A stretch of 63,840 nt of DNA, the filler included, from a bacterium (GTDB lineage Bacteria; JALSQH01): the NCBI GenBank assembly GCA_026985515.1. It is 7 parts of 7 records of this genome, joined end to end, with 100 filler letters (N's around TTAATTAATTAA, not from the genome) between each part and the next. Parts side by side here need not be neighbours in the genome. Positions count along the whole stretch, not along the records: positions 61,306 to 63,840 come from JALSQH010000043.1; 6 more parts are not named here. The stretch is one strand, 5' to 3'. Below, piece by piece: positions 61,744-63,840 of the stretch. Below the pieces are notes generated by a model that saw only the letters and a list, made by a program, of their open reading frames with translations, made no database searches and was not told the origin of the DNA. The stretch's first letter is position 1; every line of letters starts with the position of its first letter. The translations under genes were made by a program, and so were the position numbers.

Positions 61744-63042
61744 ATGGAACTTTTTCTTGAAGAAATGTGCTTTGAGAAAGACATTGAGACATGTCTCGAT
61801 GTCTGGGAAGAAGACTATACAGGGTGGCAGAAGGAGTTGAACAATCTGAAAAACTCCGAAGAGGTCAATTTTGTTAACCTCCCCTTCACAGAAAAGTACA
61901 TAACTCAAATAAAAGAATGGTGGGAGAAAAATCGTGGAAGATTCAAATACTATGTGAATCTTGGAATAGGCGGATCTTCCCTTGGGGGTAAAGCTCTTGT
62001 AAGAAGCTTCACCCCGCTTCACAGGTGGGAATCCTTTGGGGAGGATGGCGGTTACTTCTTCATGGAAAATGTTGATCCACAGGATATGAAAATTCTTCTG
62101 GAAAAGATCCCACTTGAAGAGACCCTTTTCAATGTGATAAGTAAATCGGGGACAACTGTTGAAACAATGTCTCAGCTAATGATAATCTGGGAAATTCTGG
62201 AGAAAAAAAACCTCCTCACCACAAATCTCATATTTACAACTGATCCGGTCCAGGGTGAACTTGTAAGCATTGCAAATGATTATGGAATAAAAAGATTTGA
62301 AATACCTCCTCAGGTGGGCGGAAGATTTTCAGTCCTTTCGCCTGTCGGTCTGATACCGGCCATAGTTGCAGGAATTGATGCCGATAAACTTCTCGAAGGT
62401 GCAAGGGAAGTAGTAGAAAAAACTTTGTCCTCGGAACCCTCATCCAATCCATCCTTCATATTTGCGGGAATCAATTACAATGGATGGCAAATGGGGAGAA
62501 ATATTGTGGTCCTTATGACTTATGCTTCTCCACTCAACTTCTGGGGGGACTGGTTTGTCCAGCTCTGGGCTGAAAGTATTGGAAAAAACAACGGAAGAAT
62601 CGGAGTCGGCTCAACACCTCTTCGATGTGTCGGTGTTACAGATCAGCACTCAATTCTTCAACTCTTTCTTGATGGACCAAGGGATAAAATTATTTACTTC
62701 CTTGGGGTGAAGAAAAGAGATGAAGATGTTTCAATTCCTTCTATTTTCAGAGAAAGGGAAAAAATTTCTTATCTTGGAGGGCACACACTCTCAGAATTGA
62801 TGAAAGTGGAAAGAGAAGCAACCATTAAAGCTTTAAAAGAGAAAAACATACCTGCAGGTTTGATAGAGCTTGAATCCATATCTCCAAAATCCATTGGAAG
62901 AATGATAATGTTCTTTGAATTGAGTATCTTTTACGCTGGAAAAATGTTCAATATCAATCCATTCAATCAGCCAGCTGTGGAAGAAATAAAAAAATACATT
63001 TACGGTTCACTTGGACGAAAAGGATATGAAGATTATTCATAG
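61744..63042 (+). CDS. pgi: Glucose-6-phosphate isomerase
   Basis: GIGGSSLG, ISKSGTTVET, VGGRFSVLS, QLWAESIGK, DQHS, NPFNQPAVE. Confidence 0.95.
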   Translation: MELFLEEMCFEKDIETCLDVWEEDYTGWQKELNNLKNSEEVNFVNLPFTEKYITQIKEWWEKNRGRFKYYVNLGIGGSSLGGKALVRSFTPLHRWESFGEDGGYFFMENVDPQDMKILLEKIPLEETLFNVISKSGTTVETMSQLMIIWEILEKKNLLTTNLIFTTDPVQGELVSIANDYGIKRFEIPPQVGGRFSVLSPVGLIPAIVAGIDADKLLEGAREVVEKTLSSEPSSNPSFIFAGINYNGWQMGRNIVVLMTYASPLNFWGDWFVQLWAESIGKNNGRIGVGSTPLRCVGVTDQHSILQLFLDGPRDKIIYFLGVKKRDEDVSIPSIFREREKISYLGGHTLSELMKVEREATIKALKEKNIPAGLIELESISPKSIGRMIMFFELSIFYAGKMFNINPFNQPAVEEIKKYIYGSLGRKGYEDYS

Positions 63043-63056
63043 AGCAGGAGTAAACA

Positions 63057-63840
63057 ATGAAAATAGGAGTCATCTATAACCCTTATGCCCATAAAAATTA
63101 TAAGAAACCAACCAACTTTGAAAAAATGAAATACATAGTGGGTGAAAAAGGCAGGGTTGAAATGACTCAGCATCTGGATGAAATTGTTCCAGTGGGAAAG
63201 ATTTTCAAAGAGGAGGGAATTGAAATTATTGCTATTAGCGGTGGTGATGGCACAATGATGAACACAATTTCCCGCCTGCTGGAGGTGTATGAGGAACTCC
63301 CACCTGTCCTGATTCTCCGTGGTGGAACAATGAATATGCTTGCAGATTCAGTGGGAATAAAAAGTAACCAGTTTGATACTCTCCGGAAATTTATTCACTG
63401 CTCAGAAGACGAAATTCACTATGAAAAAAGAGACACCATAAGGGTTGGAAAATATGTGGGATTTATTTTTGGGATAGGCCTCGTTCCCAATTTTCTCGCA
63501 GCCTACTATGAAGGCCCAAGAACCGGCGCGGTAAAGGCAGTGGAGATCATCATAAAAGGCATCTATTCAGGTCTGACCGGTGGCAGTTTCTCCAGAAAAT
63601 TGTTGCAACCACTCAGTGCTGAAGTTATCGTTGATGATGTTAAGGTTCCCTTCAATTCCATTTCAGCCATACTTGCCCAGACTATCGAGAATCTTTCCCT
63701 CGGTTTCAAACCCATGTACAGGGCTCTTGAAAAGGAGGGAACCTTTCACACTTATGTTGCCGGTCTGAAACTCAATCAGATAATAACAAAAATACCCCAT
63801 CTCTTCCTGGGAAAACCAATTAAACATCCCCTCGTGTATG
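63057..63840 (+). CDS. Diacylglycerol/lipid kinase family protein (3'-truncated; absent from ORF track)
   Basis: Own translation MKIGVIYNPYA...IAISGGDGT...LRGGTMNMLA. AGGAG RBS. Runs off the window end. Confidence 0.85.
   Translation, partial: MKIGVIYNPYAHKNYKKPTNFEKMKYIVGEKGRVEMTQHLDEIVPVGKIFKEEGIEIIAISGGDGTMMNTISRLLEVYEELPPVLILRGGTMNMLADSVGIKSNQFDTLRKFIHCSEDEIHYEKRDTIRVGKYVGFIFGIGLVPNFLAAYYEGPRTGAVKAVEIIIKGIYSGLTGGSFSRKLLQPLSAEVIVDDVKVPFNSISAILAQTIENLSLGFKPMYRALEKEGTFHTYVAGLKLNQIITKIPHLFLGKPIKHPLVY

Noticed and set aside
63580-63768. 62-aa ORF in the track
   Set aside because: Out-of-frame shadow within the lipid kinase gene that starts at 63057.

Overview
This window holds seven assembly pieces joined by six artificial 100-bp spacers (N-run/TTAATTAATTAA/N-run at 21686-21785, 43390-43489, 46046-46145, 49430-49529, 55326-55425 and 61206-61305). 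It comes from a diderm bacterium (bamA, lolD, TolC, TonB receptor, cpoB). Gene order (ispE-spoVG-tRNA-Gln-prs-rplY-pth; argH-lipoprotein-lysA-dapF-dapA) and a Cys-containing C-terminal anchor suggest a deltaproteobacterial or Myxococcota-like lineage, possibly anaerobic or thermophilic (inference). Most genes are housekeeping: aroK, nrdJ, DEAD helicase, yggS-proC-argH-lysA-dapF-dapA, an acyl-CoA carboxylase, hppA, aroF, nadE, lepA-lepB-lolD-bamA and pgi. The first ~21 kb is the accessory and most interesting part. It contains (i) a >2000-aa Asp-rich Ca-binding repeat surface protein with a GGGGAC...FDP-TM-KR sorting tail; (ii) a TatT/BstC-like TPR gene beside a TetR-controlled TolC-MFP-RND pump; and (iii) a cobalamin-riboswitch-controlled operon of three surface lipoproteins plus a TonB-dependent receptor, resembling a Bacteroides-style BtuG/BtuH B12-capture apparatus in a very different lineage. 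Several genes appear to be leaderless. No CRISPR array, rRNA, transposase or prophage was seen. All family assignments come from motif recognition by eye; no database search was run.
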